This document shows, piece after piece, positions 37,032 through 46,932 of a stretch of DNA of 64,000 nt; the first letter of the stretch is position 1; each line of letters begins with the position of its first letter. The notes under the pieces are model-generated. The model was not told where the DNA came from. It saw nothing but the letters and a program-made list of their open reading frames with translations, and made no database searches. This stretch comes from Candidatus Latescibacterota bacterium (GTDB lineage Bacteria > Latescibacterota > UBA2968 > UBA8231). The stretch is from contig OZ241362.1 of the NCBI GenBank assembly GCA_965200315.1, forward strand, positions 1,984,001 to 2,048,000. Direction: 5' to 3'. A program made the position numbers and the translations under genes.

Positions 37032-38246
37032 TCACTCCAGCACCGACCCCTCCGCTTCCACCCGCCCGTACATGCGTGCGAATTCCTCGGACCCGTCGTC
37101 GTGCCACACCGCAAAAGACAACCCCCGAATAGTCCCTTCGGCAAAGCCGGTTAACGCATCTATCGGCGGGATACTAGCCGTGTAGAGCACGTGCCCATCC
37201 GGCAGGCGCAGCTTGCCTAAGTGCCGGGGGATTTCCGCTGGGGCGCGCTGCGCCAAGCGCGCAATAACCGCTTCGTCCACCTCCACGCCGAGGCCCGGCC
37301 CCTCGGGCACGGGCGAACAACCTTCGACGATCTCAATGCGCTGACGGGCCGCGTCCTCCTCGTACTGGTCGTCGAGGTTGATCGAGTGCGCAGCCGTGGG
37401 CAGCACAGCCGCCAAGTGCAGTGCCAACGCCTTGGCCAAGGTGCCTCCAGTTAGCTGCACCACCACCTGCACATTGGCTTTGCCATAAGCCAAGCCGCGC
37501 ACCAGCGCGTCGCCAAATCCGCCGCAGTACTCGGCCACGATGTACGCATCGGCCATCCCCTGCACGACTTCCTGCAACCCGCCCAGCGGCGGCACGTGCA
37601 TGACCAATGGCACACCGCATTGGGCGCGGAGTCGCCGCCAGCCTTCTACATCGCTCAGCACTAAGGGGTCCTCGATATAGCCCACTACGGGCGATTTTTC
37701 GAGCTGTTTGACGATGGGCAGCACCGTGGCCAAGGTGCGGTTGGAATTGAAGTCGTACTGCATCTTGAAGCCGGGTGGCGCGACATCCTCTACCGCGCGA
37801 TTTTGCTCAAACACGTCGTGGTGCTGGCAAGTGTGCATCTTAAACAGCCGATAGCCTTGATCGGCGGCGCGGACGATTTCGCGGCTCAGCTCTTCGGGAT
37901 CGGCGGGCCGCGTCCACGCCGCCACCGGCACACGGTCGCGCACTTTGGGACCCATCAGCTTGTAGGCCGGCACTTCGAGGTACTGGCCCATCACGTCGTA
38001 CAAGGCCCCGGCCAAGCCGAGGTGGACCTCGCTGCCCAAAAAATCGAAGGGACTGCGGCCGATGAGGCCCTCCACGCTCTGTGCGGGCGGCGTACAGCGG
38101 TACTCGCCCCAGCCCACCAAGCCGTTGTCGGTTTGCACCTTGAAGAAGGTGCGCTGGTCAATGGAGCGGAAGCGCACGGCGTGCTCGGCGTTGCGAGTGG
38201 CGAGCGGCACGTGCGCCGGAATGATGTCAACATCGGTTATTTTCAC
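37032..38246 (-). CDS. mandelate racemase/muconate lactonizing enzyme (enolase superfamily)
   Basis: KITDVD, TDNGLVGWGE, FKMH, YDFN, IEDP, PEGPGLGVEVD. Confidence 0.85.
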   Translation of the reverse strand: MKITDVDIIPAHVPLATRNAEHAVRFRSIDQRTFFKVQTDNGLVGWGEYRCTPPAQSVEGLIGRSPFDFLGSEVHLGLAGALYDVMGQYLEVPAYKLMGPKVRDRVPVAAWTRPADPEELSREIVRAADQGYRLFKMHTCQHHDVFEQNRAVEDVAPPGFKMQYDFNSNRTLATVLPIVKQLEKSPVVGYIEDPLVLSDVEGWRRLRAQCGVPLVMHVPPLGGLQEVVQGMADAYIVAEYCGGFGDALVRGLAYGKANVQVVVQLTGGTLAKALALHLAAVLPTAAHSINLDDQYEEDAARQRIEIVEGCSPVPEGPGLGVEVDEAVIARLAQRAPAEIPRHLGKLRLPDGHVLYTASIPPIDALTGFAEGTIRGLSFAVWHDDGSEEFARMYGRVEAEGSVLE

Positions 38247-38338
38247 GGTTGTTCTCCTCGTTTGACTTATGTAAAATAGGGCCATTACCTTTACGCAAAG
38301 TTGATGTTCAGTTCAACTCAAACCCGAACGGATCTGTT

Positions 38339-38570
38339 GTGGATTCCAGCAAATTTATAGACTATTTACACCGCGAGCTCAAGCTGCAAGAACCCGATCA
38401 CACCGCACCAACAGTTATAGATCTCTTTGCCGGTTGCGGCGGCTTGGCACTCGGCTTTGAAGTGGCTGGTTTTAAGACATTTGGCTTTGAAGTGGCGACA
38501 GATGCTTGTGCGACATACGGCGAGAATCTTCACGGCGAATGTTATTGCGTCCGCCTGACAGAAGAAACAG
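38339..38570 (+). pseudogene. 5' fragment of DNA (cytosine-5) methyltransferase
   Basis: motif I VIDLFAGCGGLALGF..AGF and ACATY; catalytic PC motif absent; runs in frame into transposase. Confidence 0.8.
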
Positions 38571-38619
38571 GAAAGCCTCGGCTATGTTGTGGAAGCTCAA
38601 ATTTTACAAGCCGTTCACT

Positions 38620-39292
38620 TCGGGGTGCCGCCCGATTGCACGACCAGTTTGTTCAAAACGTGCAATCTGAGAGGGTGCAGGTCGATGAGATATGGTCGTT
38701 CTGCTATGCCAAGAAACGGACCGTAGCGGCGGGCGGTCCGCTCGGCTCCACCGAGGCGGGCGACGTGTGGACTTGGACCGGCCTTGACCCTGAAACCAAG
38801 CTATTGATCGCGTGGCACGTAGGCGACCGCACCATGAATAGCGGCAAGGTGTTTATGGCGGATCTGCGGTCGCGGCTGGCGCACGAAGTGCATTTGACCT
38901 CTGACCAGTACGGCGTCTATGCCGAGGCCGTAGAGGATGCTTTCGGAGCCGACGTAGATCACCACCAGATCACCAAGCGGCAAACCGGCAAGGCCACCAC
39001 GTCCCACGTTGAACGCCACAACCTGACGCTGCGGATGGGGATGCGGCGCTACACGCGCAAGACGAACGCTTTCAGCAAGAAGTTAGAGCCGCACAAGCGC
39101 AGCGTGGCACTGTTCATGTTCTACTACAACTTTATCCGCATCCACAAGAGCTTGAGAATGACGCCCGCTATGGCCGCAGGATTGACCAACACACTCCACG
39201 ACCTTGAATGGCTCGCCGAGCAGATCGAGGCCGCACAGCCCAAGCCCAAGCGGCCCAAAACCTACAAGCCAAGGAGAAAGCAAGATGACTAA
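38620..39292 (+). mobile_element. IS1-family-like DDE transposase, N-terminally truncated
   Basis: VQVDEIWSF, WTWTGLD, LTSD..Y, SHVERHNLTLR, NAFSKK, YYNFIRIH, TPAMAAG. Confidence 0.85.
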
Positions 39293-42212
39293 TCCAGCGA
39301 TTGAAGAACGGATTGCTAATCTTGAAGGGAACCTAGCGCACCTAGCAACGAAAGAGGATGTTGCTAGAGTAGAAACCAAAATCGCCGAACTCAAAGGCAG
39401 TTTTAATGTGTTATTGTTGAGTATGGGTAGCGGCCTAGCCTTGCTCAATATCGCTCAGCGTTTTTGGCCCGTTGTGTTTGTTGGCCTTTTTCTTCCCGCT
39501 CAAGTATTCGCCGACCGCTTTACCTACCATTGGGAGATAGACGAAACGCCCCAAGGCCAAGAAGCGGCTAGCCGGATTGAGCCGGTTAAAGTGGTCTTGT
39601 TGGATGAGGTGGTAGAGGTGGCGTCGCACTCTGCGGCGCTACAATTACGCGAGAAGTACTCGGTGCATCTAGGTCCTGAGTGGAGCGCAGAGCAAGCCTA
39701 CGGGTTACTTCGCACCTTTGAGTCTGTGCCGCAAGCAGTCAACTGGCCTTACGACGAAGAACCGACCGTGCCCGCGTCGATATGGATATTGAGCAACGGC
39801 CATGTTCAAGATGATATTGCCATAAGAACCAGAGACGGCCAACGCGAAGCAACGATTGCTAAAGCGGCGTTCACCTACGCCAATCCCTTATTGGCTGAAA
39901 TTGATGGCATTCGCGGCCGGTTTTTCTCCAAGAGGCTGCATCGGGCTGTTGTGCGATTCGCAACTAATAATGGCAAGGATCGACACACCTTAGAACGCAT
40001 CCTGTCAGAACGCTATGCTGTGAGTGTGAACGTGCCAGACTACCAAGCCTTGACCAAGCATACCACTGGCGAGGGAGCCGGGCGATTTATGCCCTTCAAG
40101 AACGAAGAATTGATTGCCCTAGCGTCGATGCTAGAAGAATACCCTTCAGGGATGCGCCACACGCCGGGGCTTTCCTATATAGTCCGGCGCTTAGATGGTA
40201 CGCCACACCCATTATATCCGGCTGCCGGAGCCGTAGCTTGGACGCAATCGGGCTATATCGAGTTTATGGAATCGGCATTTAAGGGAGCGGGCGCAGCCTC
40301 TATCAATCGGCTCGTTCTGCATGAGAAAGCGCATTTTCTTTGGGATCACCTCTTTGACGAACAACTCAAGGCCGACTGGATCGAGTTAGGGGGATGGTAT
40401 AGAACATCAGAGCGCGATAACGTAGCCGCGCAAGACGACGCTGAAACAGCTTGTGCAGGGGAATCGCTGTTCTCTATGATGGACTGCTTTGACAAGTCGG
40501 CTGCTTTTGCCCGGCCCGACCAAGAAAACGACTGGGCCACCACTAAGCAAACCGAGTTCGTTTCGGCCTATGCCCATGCACACAATCCAAACGAGGATAT
40601 GGCCGAATCCATTGCGTTCTACATCGTCAATCCCGACAAGCTCCGCAGCCGTTCCCCGGCCAAGTATGAGTTCATTCAGAATCGAATCATGCACGGTACG
40701 CGCTACATCTCGCAGATCCGCGCCGATCTGACGTTCCAAGTGTATAATCTCTACCCGGATTACGTCTATCCGGGGCGGATTGTTCGGGTCGATATTACCG
40801 TCGAGGGAAAGCCCCAAGAGGATAAGCGGATTACTATTGAGATTGAGCTACACCACGAAAATGAGCGGGATGTCGCCCAGCCGTCTCAGGTGCGTATCTT
40901 TGCCGAAAACGGAAACTTCTTTGACGTGTGGCTCGACCCAGTTGACAAAAATGGTCGGCGGCGCTCAACGGGCTATATCCTACGGGGCAAGCATACGCTG
41001 TCGAAGTTTGCACCCGATGGGTACTGGGGTCCCGATCAGATTGCCGTTACGGATGCAGTGGGCAATGAGCGGCTTCTATCGCAGGTTGATTTCGGCTGGA
41101 AGCTGTTTGTGGACAATCCATTGGCCGATTATGAAGCGCCCGTTTACGTGCCCAATTCCATGAAGTTGTCTTTGTCAGAAGGCGCAGAAAACGGACGGCC
41201 CTATCAGATTGTAACGGCTCGCTGGAAGTTGCTAGAAGACAACGACATTAAGGGCGTTTTGGTGTGGCTCAATGATGGGGATGCCGACACGTACTCCCGG
41301 CGTACAGAAGATTGGGGCGACTACGACAAGGCAACCGGCCAAGCCAGTGTTCAACTCATAATCCCCGACTATTACCCTAGTGGTATTTGGAAACTCAACT
41401 ATCTGGTGATGGAAGATATTGCGCTGAATAGTCGGGGAGTGTATTTCACTACCTCTAAGCGTCGTCTTAGAGATGGTGAAAACGCCATTGATGAAGCACC
41501 CGCGACTATCCAGATCAAGACGAAAAACCCCGACACCAAGCCGCCCACACTGGATTTGAACAGGATCACCGTTGACGCTGAGCCTACCAATCCAGCGGCC
41601 CCCAATGGCGAGACGCGGGTTGATATTTCCTTCAGAGTGAAGGACGACATTAGCGGCTACCGATCTACGGACATGCTTCTGCGCGACCCCCAAGGAGTCG
41701 AGCACTTTTTCCGCCATCACCGCAACGACTTGTATTACTCAGTTTACTTTCGCGGCGATCCTACCGTTTGGGCCACGTATGAAAACACTATCGTCCTACC
41801 CGTCGGCAGTGTCCCCGGCATTTGGGGCCTCGCTGAAATGACGGTATGGGACAAGGCCCAAAATAAATTGGTCGCCGACTTCACCGAGATTGTCCGCTTT
41901 GAGATAGATGGAAAAGCGGGCAAGATCACCGCAACACCCTTGCAGCTTTTGCCCAACGCGCCCAACCCCTTCAACTCGCAGACCGTCCTATCCTACTTCC
42001 TCCCCAAGCTGTCTTTCGTACGGCTGGAACTGTTCAACCTAATGGGCCAGCACGTCAAAACGCTCTATGAGGGCAACCAGCAAGCAGGACTGCATCAACT
42101 GCGCTGGGACGGCACGGATAAGGCCGGTAGAGGAATGGCCAGCGGAACCTATCTATATCGGCTGGCCACAGATCAGGGGGTACTCAGGCGAAAGCTGACG
42201 CTGTTGCGATAA
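39285..42212 (+). CDS. large exported zinc-metalloprotease-like protein with N-terminal coiled-coil module and C-terminal FlgD/sorting-type domain
   Basis: HEKAH and EDMAES; NAPNPFN...WDGTD..G..MASGTYLYRL...RKLTLLR. Confidence 0.7.
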   Translation: MTNPAIEERIANLEGNLAHLATKEDVARVETKIAELKGSFNVLLLSMGSGLALLNIAQRFWPVVFVGLFLPAQVFADRFTYHWEIDETPQGQEAASRIEPVKVVLLDEVVEVASHSAALQLREKYSVHLGPEWSAEQAYGLLRTFESVPQAVNWPYDEEPTVPASIWILSNGHVQDDIAIRTRDGQREATIAKAAFTYANPLLAEIDGIRGRFFSKRLHRAVVRFATNNGKDRHTLERILSERYAVSVNVPDYQALTKHTTGEGAGRFMPFKNEELIALASMLEEYPSGMRHTPGLSYIVRRLDGTPHPLYPAAGAVAWTQSGYIEFMESAFKGAGAASINRLVLHEKAHFLWDHLFDEQLKADWIELGGWYRTSERDNVAAQDDAETACAGESLFSMMDCFDKSAAFARPDQENDWATTKQTEFVSAYAHAHNPNEDMAESIAFYIVNPDKLRSRSPAKYEFIQNRIMHGTRYISQIRADLTFQVYNLYPDYVYPGRIVRVDITVEGKPQEDKRITIEIELHHENERDVAQPSQVRIFAENGNFFDVWLDPVDKNGRRRSTGYILRGKHTLSKFAPDGYWGPDQIAVTDAVGNERLLSQVDFGWKLFVDNPLADYEAPVYVPNSMKLSLSEGAENGRPYQIVTARWKLLEDNDIKGVLVWLNDGDADTYSRRTEDWGDYDKATGQASVQLIIPDYYPSGIWKLNYLVMEDIALNSRGVYFTTSKRRLRDGENAIDEAPATIQIKTKNPDTKPPTLDLNRITVDAEPTNPAAPNGETRVDISFRVKDDISGYRSTDMLLRDPQGVEHFFRHHRNDLYYSVYFRGDPTVWATYENTIVLPVGSVPGIWGLAEMTVWDKAQNKLVADFTEIVRFEIDGKAGKITATPLQLLPNAPNPFNSQTVLSYFLPKLSFVRLELFNLMGQHVKTLYEGNQQAGLHQLRWDGTDKAGRGMASGTYLYRLATDQGVLRRKLTLLR

Positions 42213-42232
42213 ACGCAAGGAGCAATCCAGCT

Positions 42233-42383
42233 ATGGCTTACCCTTGGCTGAATCTAATCCCTGATGTCATTCATCGCGGGCCTGCTCGTATATATTCTCA
42301 ATCGACTGTCGAATCTGTCGGATCGAGTATCGAAGATTGAGAGCCTACTTGAAGGATTTTTTCTAAGGAAAGATGCTGAATAG
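42233..42383 (+). pseudogene. small TM + coiled-coil protein, probably frameshifted
   Basis: RBS AAGGAG before ATG42233; alternate frame MSFIAGLLVYILNRLSNLSDRVSKIESLLEG. Confidence 0.45.
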
Positions 42384-42413
42384 CAAGGCTCCAATAACCA
42401 CACTAACCCGTGT

Positions 42414-42435
42414 AATTTCAAACTGAGACACTACC
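42414..42435. mobile_element. probable IS terminal inverted repeat (right end)
   Basis: AATTTCAAACTGAGACACTACC; reverse complement begins GGTAGTG, fitting IS1-type GGnnnTG termini; abrupt switch to a gene remnant right after it. Confidence 0.6.
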
Positions 42436-42630
42436 CAGATACGGCTGAACAATGCGTTGCTGGAACAGCCGACCGTGGACGATGGCTAGTTGGTATGGCC
42501 GGTCGAGGGGCTGCTCTTGGCGGCTGGCGCGAATCTAATCGGCATCAGCGCCGAGGAGCGGGCACTCGACGCGCCGCAGCTGATCGTCGAAAAGCTGGAA
42601 ATAGCCGTGGTGTGCGAGGCTGTGGGCTAA
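42436..42630 (+). pseudogene. 3' remnant of an interrupted host gene
   Basis: QIRLNNALLE...DG*LVWPV...LIVEKLEIAV; no start codon, internal TAG. Confidence 0.5.
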
Positions 42631-42677
42631 GTCATTAGAGGCTATTGCAACCGTCGGCCCCTCTCACCCGACCCAGC

Positions 42678-43343
42678 TCAGTCGGCTTCTGCGGGTTCAA
42701 TCACCTCAATGCCCGCCTCGCGCAGAGCTTGCGCCCGATAGCTATAGATATCCGCCGTGGCGAGTAGAACTCGCACCGGGGGCACGCCGGTTGCCTCGGT
42801 GTACAGACGACGCTTGCGCTCCAGCCGCTCTTGGATCGAGGCCCCCACACTGGCGGCGATTTCGACGAGGATGTGCTGATCGGCATCGACAATGACCACG
42901 TCGAATTGTTCGCCCGCAATGACGCGCTCCTCGACTGCGGCCCCAAACGATTCCTCCAACAGGGCCGCCATAGTGCGCCGAAACACGCTCTCGTTGCGGA
43001 TGCCCCAGCGCGAACCCAGCCGATCGATGGCTTGAAAGACTTCATCAAAGCGCCGATTCACTTCCTCGCGAAACGTATCTATACGCGCATCTACTTGCTC
43101 AAAACGCCGATTCACTTCCTCGCGAAACTGCTCAAAACGGCGCTCTGATTGCTCAAAGCGTTGGTCCATCTCAGTCCGCAACTCCCGCAACTCCGTCAGC
43201 ACCACGGCCACCTCTTCGCGGCGGGCAAACGCGCCCAAGAACCCTTGGTAAATCAGCGGCTCGAGGTCCGGGCGGCGGTCCAACAGGTCGGGGAGTTGCC
43301 GATTGAACAGGTCGATCAGTTCTTCATCACTAAAGGTTTTCAT
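42678..43343 (-). CDS. coiled-coil repeat protein with PD-(D/E)XK-like C-terminal domain (DUF3782-like)
   Basis: RRFEQ repeats; LGSRWG..NESVFR; FDVVI...VEI. Confidence 0.75.
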   Translation of the reverse strand: MKTFSDEELIDLFNRQLPDLLDRRPDLEPLIYQGFLGAFARREEVAVVLTELRELRTEMDQRFEQSERRFEQFREEVNRRFEQVDARIDTFREEVNRRFDEVFQAIDRLGSRWGIRNESVFRRTMAALLEESFGAAVEERVIAGEQFDVVIVDADQHILVEIAASVGASIQERLERKRRLYTEATGVPPVRVLLATADIYSYRAQALREAGIEVIEPAEAD

Positions 43344-43481
43344 CGCCCTTGCGCCTTTCCTTTATACTTTACTTTGAAGCTAGTTAAGAGGGCTTCCGCA
43401 AGGCCCAGATATTTGAGAGTCGCAAGGTTGCAATACATTGTCAAGCACCGAGATGGCAAAGGAGGGAGGTTTCAACAAATC

Positions 43482-43847
43482 ATGGATCGCATTCTACTGG
43501 TGGGCTGCGGCGGCTTTATTGGAGCCGTGCTGCGCTACTTAGTCTCCTTGGGGACCCAGCGTCTGTTGGGCACTCCGCTCTACGCCACCCTCGTGGTCAA
43601 CGTGGTCGGCTGCCTAGCCATTGGCTTCTTGGGTGGCTTGGCCGAAGCGCGTCAATACCTTAGCCCTCAACTCCGCCTATTTCTCTTCGTCGGCATCCTC
43701 GGCGGCTTCACCACGTTTTCATCCGTGGCCTACGAGACCGCGCAAATCGTGCGCGCAGGTCAGGTGTCAGCCGCTTTCGTTCACATTGGCCTGCAACTGC
43801 TGCTGGGCATTCCCGCTGTCTTCGTCGGGTATTGGGCGGCCCGCTAG
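43482..43847 (+). CDS. crcB: fluoride efflux channel CrcB/FluC
   Basis: GGFIGAVLRY, TLVVNVVG, GILGGFTTFSS. Confidence 0.93.
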   Translation: MDRILLVGCGGFIGAVLRYLVSLGTQRLLGTPLYATLVVNVVGCLAIGFLGGLAEARQYLSPQLRLFLFVGILGGFTTFSSVAYETAQIVRAGQVSAAFVHIGLQLLLGIPAVFVGYWAAR

Positions 43848-44632
43848 TCGCCTAGCCCGAGCAAGTGCGCCAAGCTCTCGGGCGCGGCCTCGCGCAAGCT
43901 AGCCTGGCGATAGACCTTGACCGAGGCAAAACCCGCGTAGCCGATGGCGTCCAAGGCCGTGAGCACGGCCTTAAAGTCGAGGTGGCCGCTGCCCAGCACG
44001 CCGCCATTGCTCTCGCACAAGTGGACGTGCCGCAGCGCACGGCCGCAGTCGAAAATGGGCTGGGTCAACGACTTTTCTTCAATGTTCATGTGGATCGTGT
44101 CGACCATCGGCCTAAAAGCCGGCACGCCAATGCGCTCAATCAGGGCGCGCACCTCGCCAACGGAATTGTTAAACCCCACTTGCAGGTGATTGATCGGCTC
44201 GACGGCCAAGTCCACGCCAGCGTCTTGAGCGGCCAAACCCACTTCGCGCAGGCCAGCCGCAATGCGCTCGTTGGCCACCTCGGCGCTGGGCTCGTCCGCG
44301 CGCAAGCCCTGCAAAAGCCCGACCACGAGAATGGCGTTAAAACGCTGGGCAATCGGCAGGTACTCCCGCAGCCTAGCGACGGCACCGGCGCGTCGACGCG
44401 GGTCGGCCACACTCAAGCACAACCCCTCGGCATAGGCGGCCCCGGTCAAAAGCGACGGTACCACCAAGCCGCACACCTCCATCGCACGTTCGATCGCGTC
44501 CAATTGACCGAGCACCGCAGGCGTCAGATTTAACTCGACGCCCTCGTACCCACAGTCCCGAATAAAGTCCAGCCCAGCGGCGAAATCGCCCCCGAGATCC
44601 GCAAAGTCGATTACCATATAACTGTATTGCAT
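43844..44632 (-). CDS. sugar phosphate isomerase/epimerase (xylose isomerase-like TIM barrel)
   Basis: EPINH, DTIHMNIEE, HVHLCESN, GSGHLDF. Confidence 0.88.
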   Translation of the reverse strand: MQYSYMVIDFADLGGDFAAGLDFIRDCGYEGVELNLTPAVLGQLDAIERAMEVCGLVVPSLLTGAAYAEGLCLSVADPRRRAGAVARLREYLPIAQRFNAILVVGLLQGLRADEPSAEVANERIAAGLREVGLAAQDAGVDLAVEPINHLQVGFNNSVGEVRALIERIGVPAFRPMVDTIHMNIEEKSLTQPIFDCGRALRHVHLCESNGGVLGSGHLDFKAVLTALDAIGYAGFASVKVYRQASLREAAPESLAHLLGLGD

Positions 44633-44646
44633 CGCCGTCTCCTAAA

Positions 44647-44713
44647 GAATTAGGAATTGGGAATTGGGACGGTGGTGGGTAATTCTCAATTCTCAATTCC
44701 TAATTCCTAATTG
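44647..44713. repeat. inverted arrays of 7-bp tandem repeats
   Basis: (GAATTRG)x3, spacer, (AATTCYY)x4 forming a long hairpin. Confidence 0.75.
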
Positions 44714-44774
44714 AAATCAACCGCCGCTGTGTCTAAGTTACTCCATTCCGTTCAGCATCAACAGCAGAGCACAC

Positions 44775-45677
44775 GTGCGATACCGACGATTCGGCAAAAC
44801 GAACTGGCAAGTCAGCGAAATCGCCATGGGCGGGTCTTGGTTCTACGGACGCCCAGAATACGGCCTCCTGCCCGTAGCACACGGAGTTGCCATGGTCGAG
44901 TGCGCCCTCGAATTGGGCATCAACTACTTCGACACGGCCCCGCTCTACGGCCAAGGCCGCAGCGAGAAGGTCCTCGGCCACGCCCTCAAAGGCGTTGACG
45001 CGCCCTATTATTTGGCGACCAAGGTAGGCTATTATCCCGCGCCCTTCGACTACACCCGCGACGCGGTGTGGCGGGGGTTTGAAGCCAGCCTCCTGCGCTT
45101 GCAGCGCGACTCGGTCGATCTGTTGCAACTCCACGAGGCCGAGCAAGCGGGCTGGGAGGGGATATTCGGCCGGGGACGCGCCCTAGAGGCCATGCTCGAA
45201 ATCCGCGATCAAGGACTCGCGCAACACATCGGCCTGACCGGCTCGGACCTCGTACTGATGCGCGATGTCCTCGCCGAGTGCGACGATTTTGTCTCGGTGA
45301 TCACCTTTCTCAAATACGACCTGTTAGTGCAGATGGCCAAGGAAATCCTCCTGCCCACCGCGGCCGCCCGCGACGTCGCCATCATCCTCGCCTCGCCGCT
45401 ACACGCCGGCCTACTCGGTTCCAAGCGCGACGCTTGGAAGGAGGCTAGCCGCTTTGCCGAGCTATACCCCAAACTCGAAAAAATAGAAGCCCTGCTCGCC
45501 GACGAACCCGGCGACATGCCCGAGCACGGGCTGCGCTACTTGCTGTCGGACCCCCAAGTCGCGGTGCTGCTCACCGGCGCTGCAACAATAGACGAACTCA
45601 AAGGCTCCGCGGCTGTTTCCGACGGCCGCTATTTGTCACCCGAACTCATCGCCCGCATCGAAGCACTCACCCCTTGA
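44775..45677 (+). CDS. aldo/keto reductase
   Basis: GINYFDTAPLYG, SEKVLG, LATK, DLLQLH. Confidence 0.92.
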   Translation: MRYRRFGKTNWQVSEIAMGGSWFYGRPEYGLLPVAHGVAMVECALELGINYFDTAPLYGQGRSEKVLGHALKGVDAPYYLATKVGYYPAPFDYTRDAVWRGFEASLLRLQRDSVDLLQLHEAEQAGWEGIFGRGRALEAMLEIRDQGLAQHIGLTGSDLVLMRDVLAECDDFVSVITFLKYDLLVQMAKEILLPTAAARDVAIILASPLHAGLLGSKRDAWKEASRFAELYPKLEKIEALLADEPGDMPEHGLRYLLSDPQVAVLLTGAATIDELKGSAAVSDGRYLSPELIARIEALTP

Positions 45678-45690
45678 GAAGGAATTGCCC

Positions 45691-46722
45691 ATGAAACCCG
45701 TCCGCGTCGGCTGCATCGGCCTCGGCTGGATCACCCAACGGGCGCACCTCCCGGCACTAGCTGCCCTCGCCGAGGAAGGCCAAGTCGTCTTCCAAGCATT
45801 CTGCGACAAAAGCGAGGAAACCCTCCAGGAACAAGCGGCCGTCTATAAGCCGCATTCGACCTATACCGACCACCACCAGATGTTTGCAGAGCAGGAACTC
45901 GACGCGGTTTACTTGTCCATTCCGCCGACTGCACACACCGACGAAGTGCTCATCGCCGCCGACCAAGGCGTCGCCCTGTTCGTCGAAAAGCCGCAGACCC
46001 TCGACCTAGCGCAAGTCGTCGAATTCAACGCCGCAATCGAAAAAGCCGGCATCGTATCCCAAGTCGGCTTCGTCCATCGCTACGAGCCTTCTTCCGCGCC
46101 GACCTTGGAGCTATTGCAGCAGCGCACTCCGCGCCACGCCCAAATCCAAAACTTCTACAGCGGTCAGCCGATCCGCTATTGGACCAGTCGCTACGAACTC
46201 TGCGGCGGCTCGTTCGTGGAAAACACCATCCACAGCGTCGATCTGTTGCGCTACTTGCTCGGCGACATTGAAGCAGTCTCGGCCTTCTACGTCGAATCCC
46301 TGCCCGACGAGCGCATCGATCCGATGAACCTGCCCCACGTGTACAACGTCAACTACCGCTTCAAGGGGCGCTTGACCGCCAACGCCAGCGTCTCGCGGGT
46401 AATGAGCAACGTCAATTACTCTAGGCGAGAAATCCTCGTCATCAGCGACGACTCGATCATCGAATGGAATCCACAAAAAGTGACGGAAAACGGCGAGGTA
46501 GTGTGGGAGGCCAAAGAAGAGTCTCAATCGCGCGGGGCCTTCTTCTCTCAGGCCCGCGCCTTTATCGCCGCCGTCCAAGCCGGTGACCCTTCCATGACAC
46601 GCAGCCCCTACGTCCCTTCCCTCAACAGCCTAGCCGCCGTTTTGGGAGCCAATACCTCGGCCGAAAGCGGCGGCGAGCTGGTCCTCCTCAGCGACCTAAT
46701 CGGCGCGGACACCGGCCGTTAG
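45691..46722 (+). CDS. Gfo/Idh/MocA oxidoreductase
   Basis: GCIGLGWI, FVEKP, GGSFVENTIHSVD. Confidence 0.9.
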   Translation: MKPVRVGCIGLGWITQRAHLPALAALAEEGQVVFQAFCDKSEETLQEQAAVYKPHSTYTDHHQMFAEQELDAVYLSIPPTAHTDEVLIAADQGVALFVEKPQTLDLAQVVEFNAAIEKAGIVSQVGFVHRYEPSSAPTLELLQQRTPRHAQIQNFYSGQPIRYWTSRYELCGGSFVENTIHSVDLLRYLLGDIEAVSAFYVESLPDERIDPMNLPHVYNVNYRFKGRLTANASVSRVMSNVNYSRREILVISDDSIIEWNPQKVTENGEVVWEAKEESQSRGAFFSQARAFIAAVQAGDPSMTRSPYVPSLNSLAAVLGANTSAESGGELVLLSDLIGADTGR

Positions 46723-46932
46723 CCACAAAAGGTACAAAAGACGCAAAAAAGGACGCGAAGAGACACTAAGCCATCTGCTGAACCGCCCTTGGGGCGTGTT
46801 GAGTTGCGGTAAAGACGGCCCCCGTTCACCCTGCGGCGATCTGCTGCATACAAGGGATGGCACCCGGAGTTTTCGGACGGCTTCTAAGTGCCTTCGTGCA
46901 GCGACAAGTAACCCCTAACAGGAGCGTACTCC

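Noticed and set aside
43344-43481. fluoride riboswitch upstream of crcB
   Set aside because: No GGCGATGG...CGCC / TGATG consensus found; only a short GGGC..GCAA..GCCC hairpin.
43149-43481. N-terminal extension of the crcB ORF
   Set aside because: Overlaps the opposite-strand gene; a strong RBS precedes ATG43482.
46770-46930. possible IS end (GGGGCGTGTTGAG) and small ORF
   Set aside because: No matching partner inverted repeat found; too weak to support.
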